This document shows, piece after piece, positions 13,956-28,300 of a stretch of DNA of 64,000 nucleotides (positions within the stretch are counted from its first letter, which is position 1; the number at the start of each line of letters is the position of its first letter). The DNA lies in contig CM082588.2 of NCBI GenBank assembly GCA_040954595.2, positions 7,142,202 through 7,206,201 of the forward strand, given 5' to 3'. The stretch comes from Balanoglossus misakiensis. Its lineage: Eukaryota; Animalia; Hemichordata. Below the pieces are notes generated by a model. It searched no databases. It saw only the letters and a list, made by a program, of their open reading frames with translations, and was not told the DNA's origin. Both the position numbers and the translations under genes were made by a program.

Positions 13956-14987
13956 TCATCGCTGGAAGTGTTTGCTCCATCCGTAGATAATCTCCTCGTC
14001 TGCGCATTTTGTCTTTTGGAAAGCCTCGGTTTCGAATCCCCCGTCCAGGTATCTCTTGAGGGCGGGAAATTCCTCTGGCATCTCAAATTTCTGACAGAAA
14101 AAAAAATTAAAAGCGTGATTTAACTACTGAAATAAAACATGACGGGTTTTCATTGTTCAGGGTAGTATTTATCGTACTATTTCGAAAATACGTAAAACAC
14201 GTGCAAGTCGTTCAAGGTGCAATATCATAGCACTGATAGGATTTCGTCGTTCGATCTGACCGATAGGCCTGGTACCCCCCCCCCCTCTGATCCGAATAAC
14301 ACCACCTGGCTAGCGATGATGGGTTAAAAATGAGCTGGTTTCGGAGACAATCGGTGGCATTTGAGACCACGTGACCTGGTTTGTCGACATATCAAGTTAG
14401 TTTTAAATGGCGTCATCCAAGCTAAATGTAATACTCCAAAAGAATAAGAGGCGTGTTTTGGTTAAATCCACTTCAAAGTTGCGATACAGACAGACGATAT
14501 CTCATCATGAGTCAACACATTTAGCTGGTTATCGATCAGAGCGGTCTAATGGCTTAGATACGCTATCTCGATTTAGGTGCCATGAAGTAAACTCGTTGAG
14601 ACTGCCTTACCTTATAGTGTCTGGCCGCCACTTTGATGTGGTATAACTTTGGCAAGATGTTGCAGTCTGGGAGTTTGAGTTCATCGCCATCGATGAACAT
14701 TCCCGGAGAATTGGCAAGGAATGAATCCAGCTTCCTTAGCTCATCCTTCAAAGCCCTGGCAAGATTCTCCTGTTTGTTGGCATCCCGGTTCTTCAGGAAA
14801 CTGAAACCAAGGAAATATATCCAAAGCGATATTATCACTGATCAAGCAATGACGTCCAACAACAAAGTACATATGTAAGTGTGTGTGTAGACCCTGTAGG
14901 AAGGATCTATGGTGTGTGTGTTAAAATTTCGCCGACAGAACTTATGTGAATCCGATCCGGTGATGATGGTGGTGGTGGTGGTGGTGG

Positions 14988-15031
<44 letters not shown>

Positions 15032-15533
15032 TGTCGAATTGAAGTGTTGAAAAAAGTGCATAAGACTTGTGTTAAACTGGCATGCCACTATGGTTCAGCA
15101 ATCGACCAATGTTCTAAGCGAGAGGCTGTTGCCAAGGAAACCAACCTGGCTGCACGATATCTTGCCTCCGTACACAGCAAAGAAGATGTATTAAAAGACT
15201 GTCACTGAAAGAAGGACTTACGCGGTGAATTTTTGGAAGATGTCCATGCCTCCCTTCTCCGCTTTCGGCGTATCCGGCCTCAACTTCGGTTCCGGGAAAG
15301 TGGTTTCTAGATAGTCCGCGATGACTGTTGCATCGTCCAATAATCTCTCACCGTGGATCAGGACGGGTACCTTCCCCGAGGGACTCATGTCCAAGAATTC
15401 CCTCGGTTTGATTTGCATGTTTATCGGGACAATTTGATAGTCAAGTCCTTTTAGTTGGAGTACCATTTGAATGCGATGACAGAATGGACAGTCGCCGAGC
15501 GAGTTGCCGTCTTGTCCGGCCTGTGAGGGGAGG

Positions 15534-15620
<87 letters not shown>

Positions 15621-18600
15621 TGTCAACTACATTTAAAACCTTTTCTGAATTGAACAAATATTCCTTTGCGAAAATAAAATAAATCATGGATTAAACCATG
15701 ATCAAACATAGTGCTGTTGGATTGAATATGTTTTATTTATTGGCAAGGTTACTGACGATTATTGGCCAGGTTACTGACGATAATACAGACCTGATATCGA
15801 ATTATGACACAACACTTTACATAAAATAGCACAATATAGCATAATAATTTGTGGAAACGATGCTATAAACACATTTATATGAAGCTCAGTCATAGTAACG
15901 TACCAAAAATTTAAGATATACATGTCTTTTGAATCAGGCTACTGTCAAATTAGGATTTATAGACATCTCGTAAAGTGAATTTCTTGGACCCAATAACACA
16001 AACGGGGATAACCCGACACGCGATGAATCATCGCCCTCCTTTTGTAGTCTGAGAGATTTTAATCTATAAAATAGTACAATATTTTTCGCGCACATACTGA
16101 TTTCAACAGAGCATATTCATTGTAAGCGGTGACGAATGAACTTTACCCAGCCTGCCCTTTCACCTTATACTCAGTTGCCGGGACAAACTTCAGAGCTCAT
16201 ATCGATATATTCGCCCGTTCGCTCTTTGATAGAAAATCTAAGATAACTAAATAAATGTGGCGACTTTTTTCGTTTTTTGACTTGCGAAATACGTCGTTTT
16301 TTTGTTGAAACACAGCGAGAATTTATTGAACGATATCCACGGTCGAAACACATTCAAGCAGTATCGTGTTTATTATATTTGTATAATTTCAAGTGATGCT
16401 TCATAGTTTCAAATGTCTGGCGCGTTAGGTGGTACGAAAAAGGTCAAAGGTCGGTCGTGAACACGTCACCTTTGTTACTTGGTACAGCAGGTATGCGAGT
16501 AACATAAATATAAGATGAAATTCTATCAGTTGCCCCGGGAAGGTTGTTCCGTGTGACTTGTAAGTAGTCAAGTTTTTTTCAGAAAATCCAGAACTGAAAA
16601 CACAAACAAAATACTTCCAGCATGGTTCCCAGACTTTCGCGAGTCATGGGTTAAATGGCAATTCTGAAGCAACCGTTCTATCGTTGTCAAACGAAAAAAA
16701 AATATTTAAAATGCTATTTTCACGCATTTTATTGTTAATATTATGAAATAACGTCGATGTAATACACCTTTTCAGCAAAATGCGCATTTTTGGGCCAATT
16801 CTCCGAGTCCAACCCAGGGTGCGACTTTGTAATGGAACATGAACACAAGTTGACAAGAGAATTTATACGGCAGTGCAATGTGGTACTCAGTAGTATTTTG
16901 TCAGTAAATCTCAACGGACACACAAGAGACATTTTATGGCATTTCACAGAACAGTCCCTCAAACTACGAGCAGAGTTCATATGGTGTGTGACAGGGCAAC
17001 GGAAATTTTATATTAAAGAACGACGCCATTTTGGTTTGGCCACTAAATTGGCCGTATCAATGAAGCGCTTAGCGTTAATTATAAAAAAATATCATTTCCC
17101 TCAACATAAAACGATTGAGAGATTGGGCCCCAATTAAGAAGTGCATTTTATTCACCAATGCGAACGTAAAGTCCATTGACAGGTTTAGGTGCCCACCCAT
17201 GGTCAAGTGCACAATATAGCGGTCATGTCCAGGCCGTCATCTTCGAATAGTACGAGCAAGTCCGCGGCTCACCTTCAGCCGGGCAGCGAACTCATATAAA
17301 TCCCTCCAAAGTCGATTCGGTACCCCCTCTTATGGTCCACGATGCCTACTCAAGACTTTCAAGTTTCTGGTTAAACAGAATTCGTGACCTATGCATTTAT
17401 TCTAAAAACCCATTTTCGCGAGTCGCGTATATACTGTCACACGCGTAAAGGCCGGTTGTTCGTCACGTGCACAGGTCTGTTCAAGTCCAGGGGCCAACAA
17501 ACTGTAGGTCACACAAGTGGAATGGTCGAGAGAAAAAAATGACGTTATATGCAAATGAATTGTTTGCATGGCAAATAAAATATGACAATGAAATAAAGGG
17601 TCAGATTACTCGCCGGTACATTCCTCCACACAAGTGGTCGATTGTCGGCCACACCTGGCAAATAGCCGCCATGTTTGACCTGACAAGCTTACCATCACAG
17701 CTTTGCAAAAAGTTGACATTTTCTTGGTCCGTGCATTTTTCTGCTGGAAACGTTCTTTCCGAACGATCAGGGATTCACTTTTGAATCAAAGAGAACTTAC
17801 AAAGTGACGTAGTTATTAGGAGACCAAAATGGCACTTAAATTTTAAATCTAAGATTTAGGATAGCTACGGTATGTACAGATAAAATTTCTAAAATGTCTG
17901 GGTCAAATTGCTATCAGCGAAAACGATTATCACCACTCCCTTGTAGGAAGAAATTACAGAAGCCGGATAAGCAAAGTTTAGATGTTGGAAGAAGATTCAA
18001 CAACTGTAGTTTTCAAAGACAACATTTACATACGTATTATTCAACAGATAAATTTATTATGAATCCTTATGTAGCCATGGTTACGGGATGTGATGTATTC
18101 AGCTGAGATTATGATTGAAAATTAACAATGAGTGGCAAACCCTTTTTTTCCAGGGTGGTGAAAATTATGAAATATAACTGTTTATGATCTACTTATTCAC
18201 GCAACACAATCATAAGCTTACACAGTATTTCTACTTATCACAAATGAATGTGCGTCTCACGTGCGCATATTTATGAATTAAACAAAAACGAGAAAAAGAT
18301 ACGTTATTGCGAATCGTGACGACAACCAATTTACTGAACAGAGTACTTGTACTGCAAATCTCTCTTTTATTCACTTTTATTGGCTTTTTGTACCCGAGTT
18401 CCCTTTCGCGTAGCTTTACGCGACACTTGAGTGACCACTTCCCTTAACGCGTTACGTGAAATATACTTAAGAGCGTTTTTCACAGTCGTTTTATGTTAAA
18501 ACACCACATTGGCCGATATACTAGGATGCTGGCCATCATCATGTTTCCCGCGACGAGTCTTGCGTAAAAAGGTCATCAAACTTGTTACCAAGGAAACGCA

Positions 18601-19753
18601 GTTATTTGCCGATTGGCCAAACACCATTCTGTTGGCAGCCATTTTGTAGTATATAAGCGCGATTTTCAACCTTTAAATGTTAAGAATGACAATTCGACTT
18701 CGAAGATACCAATTACCGCGGCGGTGTTGACGCAATTTGAAATACTTTATGTTGATCTATAACCAACTTGAAAATGAAAAGATTACTGGTAAAATTTGCA
18801 TATCATATATTCGCATGTTTTATCGTAACGACCTGTGCAGTGCACTAAAGTTAAATTACCCTGGGTTTATCGCGATTGTGTTCTGGTCCGACTTCTTGCC
18901 ATATAAGGCAGTGGGTGGCAACGTTATTGGCTTTCAAGGGGTCGACTTATCTACACAGGTGATGATTTAGTTGGAATATTAACAGGCTGTTAATAACAGA
19001 CGTTATTCTAACTCGACTAGCGAGTTGTCCCGACACGTATGGACATAACAGATCGTAGGGGGAAAACGAAATAAGGCACCCGCAGTCAGACAAGTTCACG
19101 GCCGTTGACGATTATCACGAAGTTCCCAATCGCGCTTAATCTCAGGATTAGACGTCTGAGAAAACAGCGACGGTGTTATTATCCGGTGATTAAACAGTTC
19201 AAAACTGCGTAACCACGCTTATTCAGTCTGGCATGTTGGCTGGCCATTTTTCTTCGGAGTATTTAGATTTGATATACAAAGATGTGCCATGATTGTATTT
19301 GGATAGCGCATACCTTAGCATCAACGCGCTATAAATTACACCTGCCTGCACCAAGGCCGTGTGTGTGGACTATGTTGGGTGCGGTCTGGTTCCAGACCAA
19401 AATCAACGTTGCCCAATATCAACGTGTATATACACTTGGCCATCTGCAAACCTGTCTAACACACCACCATACGTTAGATAAACGCATGACAAATATTGCC
19501 CTGCGCTGAATTCTCTTTACAAATCAAACGCAGACTAACCGACCACGGCCTTTGTGACTTCTATCTGACCCACATAAAGTGGTTAGGTCAATATTCATAA
19601 ATTACGAATTCTTTTTTTTTTTCTCGTCTGTAGACTCCGTCCACTACAGGTGGTTTTTACGGTATTTGTATTGGCCGTTTAACGACGCTGGAACAGCAAA
19701 TGAAAAAGTAACAGAGTGTGTGCGCTTACCTTGACATAAAGTTCCAGTGACAT
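13956..19753 (-). CDS. DHAR/CLIC-like protein B, 215 aa, 4 exons: 19753-19730, 15520-15222, 14800-14611, 14090-13956
   Basis: Continuous 648-nt frame: MSLELYVK|AGQDGNSLGDCPFCHRIQMVLQLKGLDY...GKVPVL...FQKFTA|FLKNRD...DCNILPKLYHIKVAARHYK|KFEMPEEF...EEIIYGWSKHFQR*. Confidence 0.92.
14960..15030. repeat. (GGT)n(GAT)n compound microsatellite
   Basis: Read directly; it produces the spurious poly-V/M ORF. Confidence 0.95.
15535..15618. repeat. (GA)n microsatellite, i.e. (CT)n on the transcribed strand just upstream of the exon-2 acceptor of gene B
   Basis: About 40 GA units, ending ~15 nt before the acceptor AG at 15521-15522. Confidence 0.95.
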
Positions 19754-20049
19754 TTTATGTTCGTTGTAGTGGATGTCACTGATCGCGTCTGAACTATTCT
19801 TACACGTGTAAAAGTGAGCTGTAGCGCCGTTCTCGCACGCAGTCAGTCAGAAGAGAGCGAGTGCGGCTAGAGTCGTGAGGTCAGTCGAAACAACTCCCTA
19901 GCTAGGTCTGAAAATGCCCCTCTGTCGTGCTGTGTGCCCTGTTCAGATAAGCCCATCGAGGCTGCGAAGAACCGCTTTGACTATGAGGCGGGTGGATGTG
20001 GAAATCGTGAGCATGAATGCAGTTACTGGGTAATGCAGATCAAGGAAAG

Positions 20050-20215
<166 letters not shown>

Positions 20216-22399
20216 GACATAGCATCACTTGAGGGTTACGCTTAAAGTTCACAACTACACTATCACATTTTCAAGAATTACAAGTCGTCAGTTTAACTTT
20301 TTGACATTTCATGTTTTTTTTAATTTGACGTACAAAACATAGGCATATGAGGATTAAATAGCCAAGGATAAAACATGGTCGATCTGAAAAAGGTTATAGA
20401 ATTAATTACCTGACCTGACAATTGATGATAAATCGGCGACTTAACAAGCATTTCAGAGAAAACAATTTTGCATATTCCAAACTTTCATCAAAAGTTCCCA
20501 ATACGAATAGAAATTTATGTCCAGGAATATATTGTCGCCACCTCATCTCAGACAAAAATTAAACACATACCACAGAACAATTTTGATTACAAAATATAAA
20601 ATCAGTAATTTTAAATAATCGAATACTGTCATCTTGACGTAACTGTCTTTCACGTTCCAACATAAATAAAAACTACACACCCGATATTTTTATATCTATA
20701 GTACTTTCAAAATATAACATTTGAATAAAACATTCTAATTACAAATGTGACTGCATTTAATCGATGGCTGTAAGCAGGGAAAATCAAAATTGGTAGACCA
20801 AAAGGGTCGAGAAGAGCCGAAAAATAGCTTTGAGATCGAAATTTGTTCATTTTGGGAAACCGCAATCGAAATTAAAATAGTTACTTTAGGTTTGTGTCTT
20901 CAAAAGTTACAGTTTACATTGAAAACATTGCATTAAAAACAATTCACGTAAAGACAGCGGGGGTTCAAAGGTCGACATGCAAATTATATCCGGGAATTTC
21001 CATGCCCAAGAAACAAAAAAATGTACATATCATCAAAAATATATATCATCACCTCATTCTACAACTATCCATGCTGGAATTTGCACCAGCGAACAAAGAA
21101 CCTCTTTGTTATACAAAATTAAAAACATCACAAATTTACAGTTGACAGCAACAACGGGCAGTTGGACATATGTAAAACGTATACACTAAATACTATTATA
21201 TATAAGACATGCACCATGAAAATGTTGAATTCACAGGATAATTACGTCTACGATCTACCGTTTAAGAGTTGTAGTTATTTGATTCATGAGGGATATTGCC
21301 TTCTTGTTGACCTACATTGTACCAACACTAAATATGTGAATGTCCCACATTTCGAGACTTCATGAATTTCAGTAGGTCACCAGGTCATATGTAGAGCATT
21401 GAACACACTGTTATAGCTATAAAATGCTATTTGCGTGTTCCCAACTTCTAACAATCAGGAATAAAAGCAATTTGCTGTGCCTCTGTCCTTATACTGAAAT
21501 ACCTGTATATCAATCGATTATAAAAAACCTTTCGCCACCAGCATCCATTTTCTATGCTAAAGTTGGACCTCTACATAGTGAAATAGGGGTGAAAGCGTGA
21601 AACCCCACCATCCAAGGATATGTAGTACAATGAGATAGTCATATCATTAGTATAATTGCATATCTATAATTTCTGGCACTGTGAAGTTTTAAAGCTTAAC
21701 AAATATTCAACATAATGAACGCTACCCTTAATTTGGCGAGCGTGAATGATTACAAATCGCAGCAGTTTTTGTGTCAACATAGTCTGGTACCCAAAACCAA
21801 GTGTGCTTTGTCTGTGGTTTTAGATAGACTCACACACGCAGGGTCTGGAAACGCAGTCTGCTATCGTCGTCCTGAAATTGTACATGTCAATAAAAGTCAA
21901 AATGCGATGCGATTCAAGATCACGTGGTGACCAAAATTTCAGAGACGATAGTAGACTGCGTTTCCAGACACACTGGGGTCTGGAGACTAATGTAATGTCA
22001 ACATGCATCTACAGAAGTGAAGTAGCTTTCATACTAGATATAATGCTACTGTAACAGCAATAATGGGCTGATTGTCCAGATTCCACGAAAGAGGCCACCT
22101 ATACATTATCTTAATCGTACATTATAGCAATACAACTATGGTTTTGGTATGGGGGAAGATGACAATGTTAACATCTCATGTTAACGAGTGCTCAGTAACC
22201 TGCGACAACACAGAACGAAAATTAATGGACACTGTTGATTTTTTTTCGCAAATCAAACGCCATAAAACGGATTTGATCTTCAAAGGAAATGTCTAGTCGT
22301 CTAATAAATATCGATATAATGTTTTGTTCTTTAAGAAGGGCGCGAAAAAATGCGGTGAATTGCCGGTGCTGTATGTTTGTTTGTTTGTTAAAGCGCCAC

Positions 22400-25300
22400 C
22401 TAGCGTCGTCGTTTGACGGGAACTCCAAGATGATCGGCCCAACCATCGATTATTTCTGATTCTGGGTACTTGGTGATTTTAAAGACTTCAGTTTCAAACG
22501 CCGTGTCCATGTATTTCTTCAAATCTTCTAATTCGTCTGGTATTTCAAAATCCTGCAAAATGATGGCAAAGACATGGGATCAACCATCAGGCATATAAAA
22601 TGATCTTGAAACTATAGTCTGACTGCAATCAAGTTCCTAATAAATCTATGGGAAAAATTCCCTTCTCTAAAATTATTAAATTCTGCATGTGGCGAAGAAT
22701 GCACGATTATATACGTGGAGGAAATGAACTCGACTGCAAATGGTCAAATTCTGTTTTGGGTTAACATATGTATTACACTACAAAACAGTGTCAAACTATT
22801 TAGATGGCGATAATAGCATTTTAATTGTTACTGAATTCATCGTTAAACAACCACGCCATGCATGCACGTAGTCGTACTAAAATGTTTGTTGTAGAATTTT
22901 ATCACTGATAACGTTTAAAAGCACAACATTTCTTATTTATTGGTTTACAGGCATTGCTTCAAGTGGATTTCGGGAACATAGTTGTTAAGCGACACGAACT
23001 AACAACTTTGAGTCTTATGCGACTTAACATAATCTCTTGATTACATTTATTAATCCTAAATAATGGCGGTTGCCCTCGGTGCGCTGTAAATTATACTGAT
23101 ATAAATCTCTTGATGGATTTCTAAAACCGCAAAGATTTATGTTTGACGTGATTTTCTCTGTTTAATTCAACCATGCAAGTGACAATGAAGTAGGAGAATT
23201 ACTATGTATCACTCATTCCATCAATCAAAATCATTTCAAATCCCTGGAATCGTCCGATACTGACAAGTTCTCGCCTCGTGGAGAAGTTATTTACATACAA
23301 GTACGTCAGACTCATGAGAGGGTCGCCCAAAGCTATAAATCAAGTAAACACTACGTGGCGACGGTGAAACCTATGGAGAGTTCTGACCACAACTAACACC
23401 TACATATATTGAACACCTATTGCCTGGCCATGAGGGCCATAGCGGCCGTTTATTACACCCGAGGGGCTGTGAGTTACCAGAATCATATGCTATTTCCCGA
23501 GGCCGTAGGCCGAGGGAAATAGCATATGATTCTGGTAACTCACAGTCACGAGGGGGTAAAAACGGCTGCTACATGTATGGCCCGAATATAGGCCAGGCTA
23601 TAGGTGTTTTATAATAAACCTCATGCTAACAGCTGGGAAAATCTTGCAATTTTCTCTTGAGGTTGGCAGACGACATCTTCAGCGGTGGCCATTGTGTCAG
23701 ACGACGCGACGCTGATTGACGTGACCACGTTGGTCACGTGACCGGTTTATATTTTTTCTGCTATTTCCCTAGCGGTTCATAGTCGATTCTATTTTCCTAT
23801 CACGTGACGGATTCTGGCGAATCACGGCACAGTATTAGCATGAGGTATATTATAATAGTTTCTATTCATGAATACCATGTCGCAACCACCCACTATGAAA
23901 ATATTAATCATCTCTGGCCCAAATCCCAACATATAGGGGCATGTTTGTCTATAAAAGGGTTAATTTTCCTCTGAATTCAACCAAGTACATACCAACAGTG
24001 TGTTAGACTACGATTGTATTTCGGAAATATGGCATTTCCGATTAATAGCACATGTATTTTTTTAATCTTTTCACTAAAATATTTACACGAATCAGGATTA
24101 TATTTCGTATCATGAACTTGTAAATTTTAACTGTAATCAAATTGGTCGTTCATTTCACAAAGTCAGAAATTTCATATACTGATACACAGCTGAGTCACTG
24201 AATAAAATAATGATCATAATTATATCAAAATATGGTTGTGTTAATGAAGTTGCTTTTTGGTGTTCAAGTGCGATGTTAAGTTTTCTCTGTACCTTAAAAT
24301 GTTTTGCAGCTACTTTGAGATGATACAGTTTTGGTAGGAGGTTACAATCGGGCAACTTGAGTGTGTCTCCATCGAGAAATGCGCCCGGTGACTTGGCGAG
24401 GAAACCGTTCAATTTCCTCAGTTCTGCTAACAAGGCGTTTTTCACTGTTTCTTCCGCCGACGAATCTCTGTTCTTTAAAACTCTGTGTGTGACAAGAACA
24501 GAAGGCATAAAATTTAATTTCAGTTGTAATGGTAACAGTTGATTAAGAGTGGTAATTAACAAAGGCATGCGTGCATCTCTTAATTATACTGGTGTCATTA
24601 GAAAACAGTTTGCATCCAGATAATTCAATCGTGTCGAATTAAAATGGCCACCCTTCCCCCGGAACAAGTCATTCATTTTTGTACATATTCGTTATATCTA
24701 ATAGAATAAATGCTTCATCGATTTTCAATGGACAAACCCACTCACTTTGGAAACGTTAGTATTTGTTTCTCTCGATACTAAGATAAGGTTGTTGCCATAT
24801 CAACGTTATACTATTAACTCTGAAAAAATTGTAAAGCATTAAGCAGCATGCCCATCACGTGACTATAATATACACGAAAATGAATTTTCAGAAACAAAAA
24901 TCTACCAATCAGCAATTGTTTCGTTGTTTTTACAACCAATTTGAAAGTTGCCACGTGGAAATCAACATTAATTAATTTGATTTATTGATGTGTAACGTGG
25001 ACAAACTTACGCTGCAAATTTATGAAATAACCTGTCGCCTGCATTATCGGCCTGTGGATTGTCTGCCCTCAACTTGGGATCGGGAAATGTCGTTTCTAAG
25101 TACTCCGCAATGGCCGTCGAGTCGTCCATTCGGCCGCCGTCGTGCGTCAGAACAGGAACTTTGCCGGCGGGACTGATGTCTAAGAAGTCGCGCGGTTTTA
25201 TTTTCATGTTGACGGGAATCAGTTTGTAGTGGAGTCCCTTGAGGTACAAGATCATCTGTATACGATGTGAAAACGGGCAGTCGCCCAGACTCCTTCCATC

Positions 25301-28300
25301 CGTGCTACTTGCCTGAAAAACAGAACAGAAATATCGAAATTGACAGATTGCATTTATTTGCTCCAGAGATCGACCATGCACACACACACGTACTGTATAA
25401 ATAATCGAAAACGAAAATGATGTCAATGGTATAATGTATTTTGATTTGGAACTTATTTCATTATTATGCCATTATTTGGTGATTTGGTCACTATTAAGTC
25501 ATTATTTGACTATTATTATGCGACTAAGTGTCATGATTTCGGCATGACATGATTTATATGAACTTATGCCTTTGCGCTGGGCTTGATAGTAGTTCTTCCG
25601 CGTGTTTAACAATAGATGACATTGACATTGACGCGAATTGTTTCGTCACTGGTATCACAGCATGCAGGCAAGTTCAAGGACGAAGATGGAGCGACCTCTG
25701 ACTCGAAAAAAACACCAACAAAGTACGGAACAATGAACTTCCAAAATACGTGGATGCCTTCACGTACATAAAGAGATGCAAAATACCGGAGATTGACGTC
25801 ACATATCACGGTCAATTACACGGATAGTTTGTATCGCTACCGCGCCAGTTTTTTGCTAACCGTCCTTGTAACCTTACACGAGGTAACGAGTCGGAATGAT
25901 AAAGTGAAAACGAAACCACAGGAAATCATTACCGGGTGAAACTGGAGTTTTAATAATAAGCCGTGTTTGTTTTTAATTAGGCATTAAACATATCAATGGT
26001 AACCCATGCGTGATCGTGTTGAGTCTAGGTCGGCGTAAGTTTATACCGTCTATGACGTGGATCACGCGAATGGGACAATTTTATCATATTGTACATATGG
26101 ATATTGCGGAGGGGTAATACCCTGGCCTGACCATTTCCTGTGTGTATCTTAGCTCAGTGTGGCAGGGCTGTGCGTCTTGGCTTAGCCGTAAGACACATAG
26201 CCCATTCAGCTACCAAGCAGAGCTATATATATATCATGTATCCCTGTACTTTCGTCGCCCGATATGACGTCATGGACCGCGGATAAGGACCAGCCAAGTA
26301 GTGTGTACAATGACGTCATTCAGTTTGCTGTCCTGCTCTATACCCTAAGCAGCCATGTTGTTCAACTTTGATTCTAGGTCTGCGTTGTCATGCCAACCAA
26401 TTTTCAGTATTTTATAGTTCATTGAAATATTTATAATTTAAAAAAGGAGCTATCCTGTTATCTCAAAATTTGATCGATTTATTTTATTACATGACGCGTG
26501 CAGGTGACAATAATAAATGTTTGTGAGGGACGTCCACGCACGTACAATAAACTAGTTGGCATATGACTAGACTCGGTCGATATCATGGATGACCTAGTTT
26601 TCACTTAATTTATTCAGGACACTGTTTGCTGAGCACACACACAAAAAACGTGGCACTTGCACTAGTACAGATATGCCCCTCAATCAAACTTACAGCAGCA
26701 ATCAGAGAGATGATTAGATTGGATGATATATAGGCACACTTCGCAGCGTCATGTAAACCTTCACTGAATTACTATTATATAGGTCTCTGTTTTGCTGTAG
26801 CCCAGTTTTCAAGCTCTGGCTAATAGACCGCATATTTCTATCTTCCCGCTGGGCTGCTATTAATCATTTCATTGTGTGCAAGGAGATACAGAACGTAAAA
26901 CCAGTGGTAAACCCATGCTGCGACAGAAAAACAAGTGTAGTCGCGGAATTATGTTGTCCTCATGGTCGCGCGTTTCATCTGTAAGATGTATTAAATTTTG
27001 CTTTTAACATCAATTTTCTTTTCGCTTGTTCTGATTTTTTTTTAAAGTGTCGCTTCTGCATGACACAGAACATTGTCTTTAATACAAGAGTTACTAGTAA
27101 AGACTGGCGGATGTGCGTGCATGCGAACCGAGTCATCGACATCGTCGACGTCGCTTGCGGGATTCCCCGTTTTGCTAAACTAAACAATTCACACTGGGTC
27201 CTTGCCTTGAGTTAGCAATGACGTCATTGTTTAAACATGATAACATATTACATAGTGCAGGGAACGATTTCTAAAACAGTTTCCCAAGTCGATTATTTGC
27301 GCACTTGCGACAAACTGCCAGACATTCGTTTAATTAACCGACACAGATTGACATTCCACGCCTAAATCCGCGTATCTAACTTGTTTACGCTTGTCTCGTT
27401 AAAGTATGTTCCGCACCCTTCGACACTCCTTGCAGGAAAACGAAATTTTCGATTAATTCAAACCACAAAGTTCCTTGACCCAACAACACTTTCATTCAAA
27501 TCGTCACCACTGACCGTAAACTACGGGACAAAGGGAATGCGGTCAAGTAAAAACCGCTTAATCTCTTCGGGCATGCGCATGCCCGACCGACCTTTTGACC
27601 CTGACATATTTGTACCTGAGGGGCGGTTTTGGCCAAGCCCAGTAGATCACGTCCTCCAGCTCAGAGTCAGGGGCGGAAAAATTGTAGACTACATAAAAAG
27701 TATAATACGCAGCTTCAATACACAATTTTCAGACAGCAGACAATACACGGTTGTGTGTGTGTTACGAAGGGGAATCCGTCAAATAGATTATCAATGACAC
27801 GCGCCGATACCGTTAACTATATACGCGTTCCGTTTCAACTATTAAATTCATTCCGATTAACGTTCATGTCTTCAAACAGATGTCAAATTTCCTCGCGTTA
27901 TCGCAGATTGCCCCAAGCCTGTCCTACAATAGTCTGTGTTATCGACTTAAACACGTTTTATGCAAACATCACGCCTCATTATAATTTTTCTCTCTCCAAA
28001 ATGGCGACGTGCAGCAAGCAACGCACGATTGCCGAGTCGTTCGTCTCGATGAAATATAAATGGTCGAGAAAGTCTTCCAAATTACTGGAGACATTGACTA
28101 TATATAGTCAGTTTATCAGTGGTGTCCCAGACTATGTGGTCCGCAGCAATTAAACACAATGATCAAGCCTATACCGTTTATTAGTAAAGTCCTGGCGAAC
28201 CAGTTCATCCTGATGTGTATTTTAACCAATGATTATTTCCGTCGTTAACTAATAACTACGCGCATAGCGAGCGAGCCGGAATGGACCTGAAAATTGAACC

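Noticed and set aside
14909-15208. ORF with poly-Val/Met
   Set aside because: It is a translation of the (GGT)n(GAT)n microsatellite in an intron of gene B.
16146-16200. Possible alternative first exon of gene B (MSSEVCPGN)
   Set aside because: A stop codon precedes any donor and there is no ELFVK-like motif. The true first exon is at 19730-19753.
23420-23614. 64-aa ORF
   Set aside because: It lies wholly in the palindromic element and has no protein-like signal.
27381-28153. Two overlapping plus-strand ORFs (138 and 174 aa) in intron 1 of gene C
   Set aside because: Both have non-ATG starts, no recognisable domain and no consistent splice structure.
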